This document shows, piece after piece, positions 46,216-47,583 of a stretch of 47,583 nt of DNA (positions are counted from its first letter, which is position 1; each line of letters starts with the position of its first letter). Location of the stretch: the IMG/VR virus record IMGVR_UViG_3300032233_003111, positions 1 through 47,583 of that record; one strand, given 5' to 3'. The notes below the pieces were generated by a model that ran no database searches, was not told the DNA's origin, and saw only the letters and a program-made list of their open reading frames with translations. The position numbers were made by a program, and so were the translations under genes. This DNA comes from a virus. Taxonomy: Duplodnaviria; Caudoviricetes.

Positions 46216-47583
46216 TTAGCCTTCGTTAGAAGATAGCGCACCTTCAATGATATCTGCAACTTCTTGTGTCGTAGCAGTATTGCTAACCCTGCCAAGCTCT
46301 GCAGATATCTCTGTTCTTACCTGAGATGCAATTTCTTCAGGTGAAGGAACATCAGGGCTATTCGTTAATGTATCTACCGTTCCACCGGTAATTGTACGCG
46401 TAGTTGCATTCCAAGTTGCTGTTGCATTATCACTACTTGTTGGTGGTGTTACATAATCGCTATCTGCTAAACGTGTAGAAATTGCAGTATCAATTCGACT
46501 AAGTTCTGTAGATAGTTCAGCTCTTGTAGTAGAAGCATTTTCTGATGCAGTAGGTAGATTGCTTAACTGATCGTCTAAGTTAGCATTTGCCATGCCAAGA
46601 GCAGATCTAGTACTACTAGCATCAAGCGGCAGTTGGTAGTCAGAATCAGCAAGCCTAGACGAAATGCTTACATCAATATAACCCAGTTCAGGATTTAGCT
46701 CAGTTCTTACGGCTTGTGCTATCTCTGTTTCAGTCGGTACATCAGGACTATTGACTAATGTATCTACACTGCCACCAGTAATTGTGCGGCTACCATAGGT
46801 CCATACTGCTTCAGAATTATCACTTGCAGTAGGTGGTGCAGTGTAGTTATTACCTGCTAGTCGTGTAGAAATTGCTGCATCAATTCGACCTAATTCAGTA
46901 GATAGTTCTGTGCGTGTAGCACTTGCATTTTCTGTAGCAGTTGGAATGTTATCTAGTTGATTATCTAAATTAGCACTTGCCATACCAAGAGCAGATCTAG
47001 TGCCACTAGCATCAAGGGGTAATTGATAATCAGCATCAGCAAGTCTAGATGAAACATTTACATCAAGTCGATTTAGTTCAGTAGATAGCTCTGTGCGAAC
47101 AGCACTTGCATTTTCTGATGCAGTTGGAAGATTGGCCAATTGTGTATCGAGATTAGCAGACGCCATTCCGATAGAAGTACGTACACCATCTAATGCACCA
47201 GTGGCAAAATGACTAGCATTGATTACTGTAGGCTGAAGCTCATGGATATCAGCGGCAACATGATGTGATCCTGTTACCGCAACCTCACGCTGCGTATTGG
47301 ATGCAATCAGAATTTTGGCACCAAAACTGCCATTTATATGAAAGTTAGTTGTAAGTGCATTCCAAACAGCACTAGCAATATCTGAAGCGCTAGCGATCGT
47401 TGTTGTAAGTGTTCTACTACCTGCTGCCCAGACCGCTGTAGCTACGTCAGAAGCACTGGGGATGGTTGTAGTCAACGTGCGGGTGGCCGCGCCCCAAACT
47501 GTGGAGGCAATCGTTGCGGCCGTTGGCGCTGCAGTGGTCGGGATGGCTGCGAGCTGCGTGTCAAGGTTGGCGCTGGCCAGGCC
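46216..47583 (-). CDS. Repetitive Ala/Thr/Ser-rich probable virion/tail protein (5' truncated by window)
   Basis: Frame stays open to the window end (GLASANLDTQLAAIPT...). Repeats SANLDxQL, RTELSTEL, AVW...RT(L/I)T. Confidence 0.7.
   Translation of the reverse strand, partial: GLASANLDTQLAAIPTTAAPTAATIASTVWGAATRTLTTTIPSASDVATAVWAAGSRTLTTTIASASDIASAVWNALTTNFHINGSFGAKILIASNTQREVAVTGSHHVAADIHELQPTVINASHFATGALDGVRTSIGMASANLDTQLANLPTASENASAVRTELSTELNRLDVNVSSRLADADYQLPLDASGTRSALGMASANLDNQLDNIPTATENASATRTELSTELGRIDAAISTRLAGNNYTAPPTASDNSEAVWTYGSRTITGGSVDTLVNSPDVPTETEIAQAVRTELNPELGYIDVSISSRLADSDYQLPLDASSTRSALGMANANLDDQLSNLPTASENASTTRAELSTELSRIDTAISTRLADSDYVTPPTSSDNATATWNATTRTITGGTVDTLTNSPDVPSPEEIASQVRTEISAELGRVSNTATTQEVADIIEGALSSNEG

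Overview
This window is a 47.6-kb segment of a tailed dsDNA cyanophage. The host is probably a picocyanobacterium, inferred from the NblA-like gene, cyanobacterial-type pyrG, thyX and nrdJ, and a tRNA-Leu(UAA) group I intron. The left end holds late or virion-accessory genes (two BspA/DUF285-like LRR proteins, an Mtd-N-like protein) and a lysis module with a GH73 + C39-like endolysin. Next come a DnaB-like helicase and putative initiator beside an 8-copy iteron-like array, recombination genes (Sak-like, SSB, RusA, RecE-like), two sigma factors, terminase, DnaG and portal. Nucleotide-metabolism genes (ThyX, dNMP kinase, glutaredoxin, intein-containing class II RNR, dCTP deaminase, PyrG), a tRNA/ncRNA region and many small unknown genes follow. 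The most notable signals are these. (i) Two free-standing endonuclease cassettes appear to have split their target gene while carrying a replacement copy: the rlpA 3' end is duplicated around a putative endonuclease, and a broken tRNA gene flanks an HNH plus an intact tRNA-Arg. (ii) A promoter-driven structured RNA has a circularly permuted tRNA-like domain with a G3.U70 pair. (iii) There is an atypical long-variable-arm UAU tRNA and a short-arm tRNA-Leu(UAG). (iv) A TnpB-only IS200/IS605 element with exact ends sits in codon 2 of a phage gene. (v) A recurrent GGHAWHCTA motif is a candidate late promoter. All calls come from manual reading; no database searches were run.
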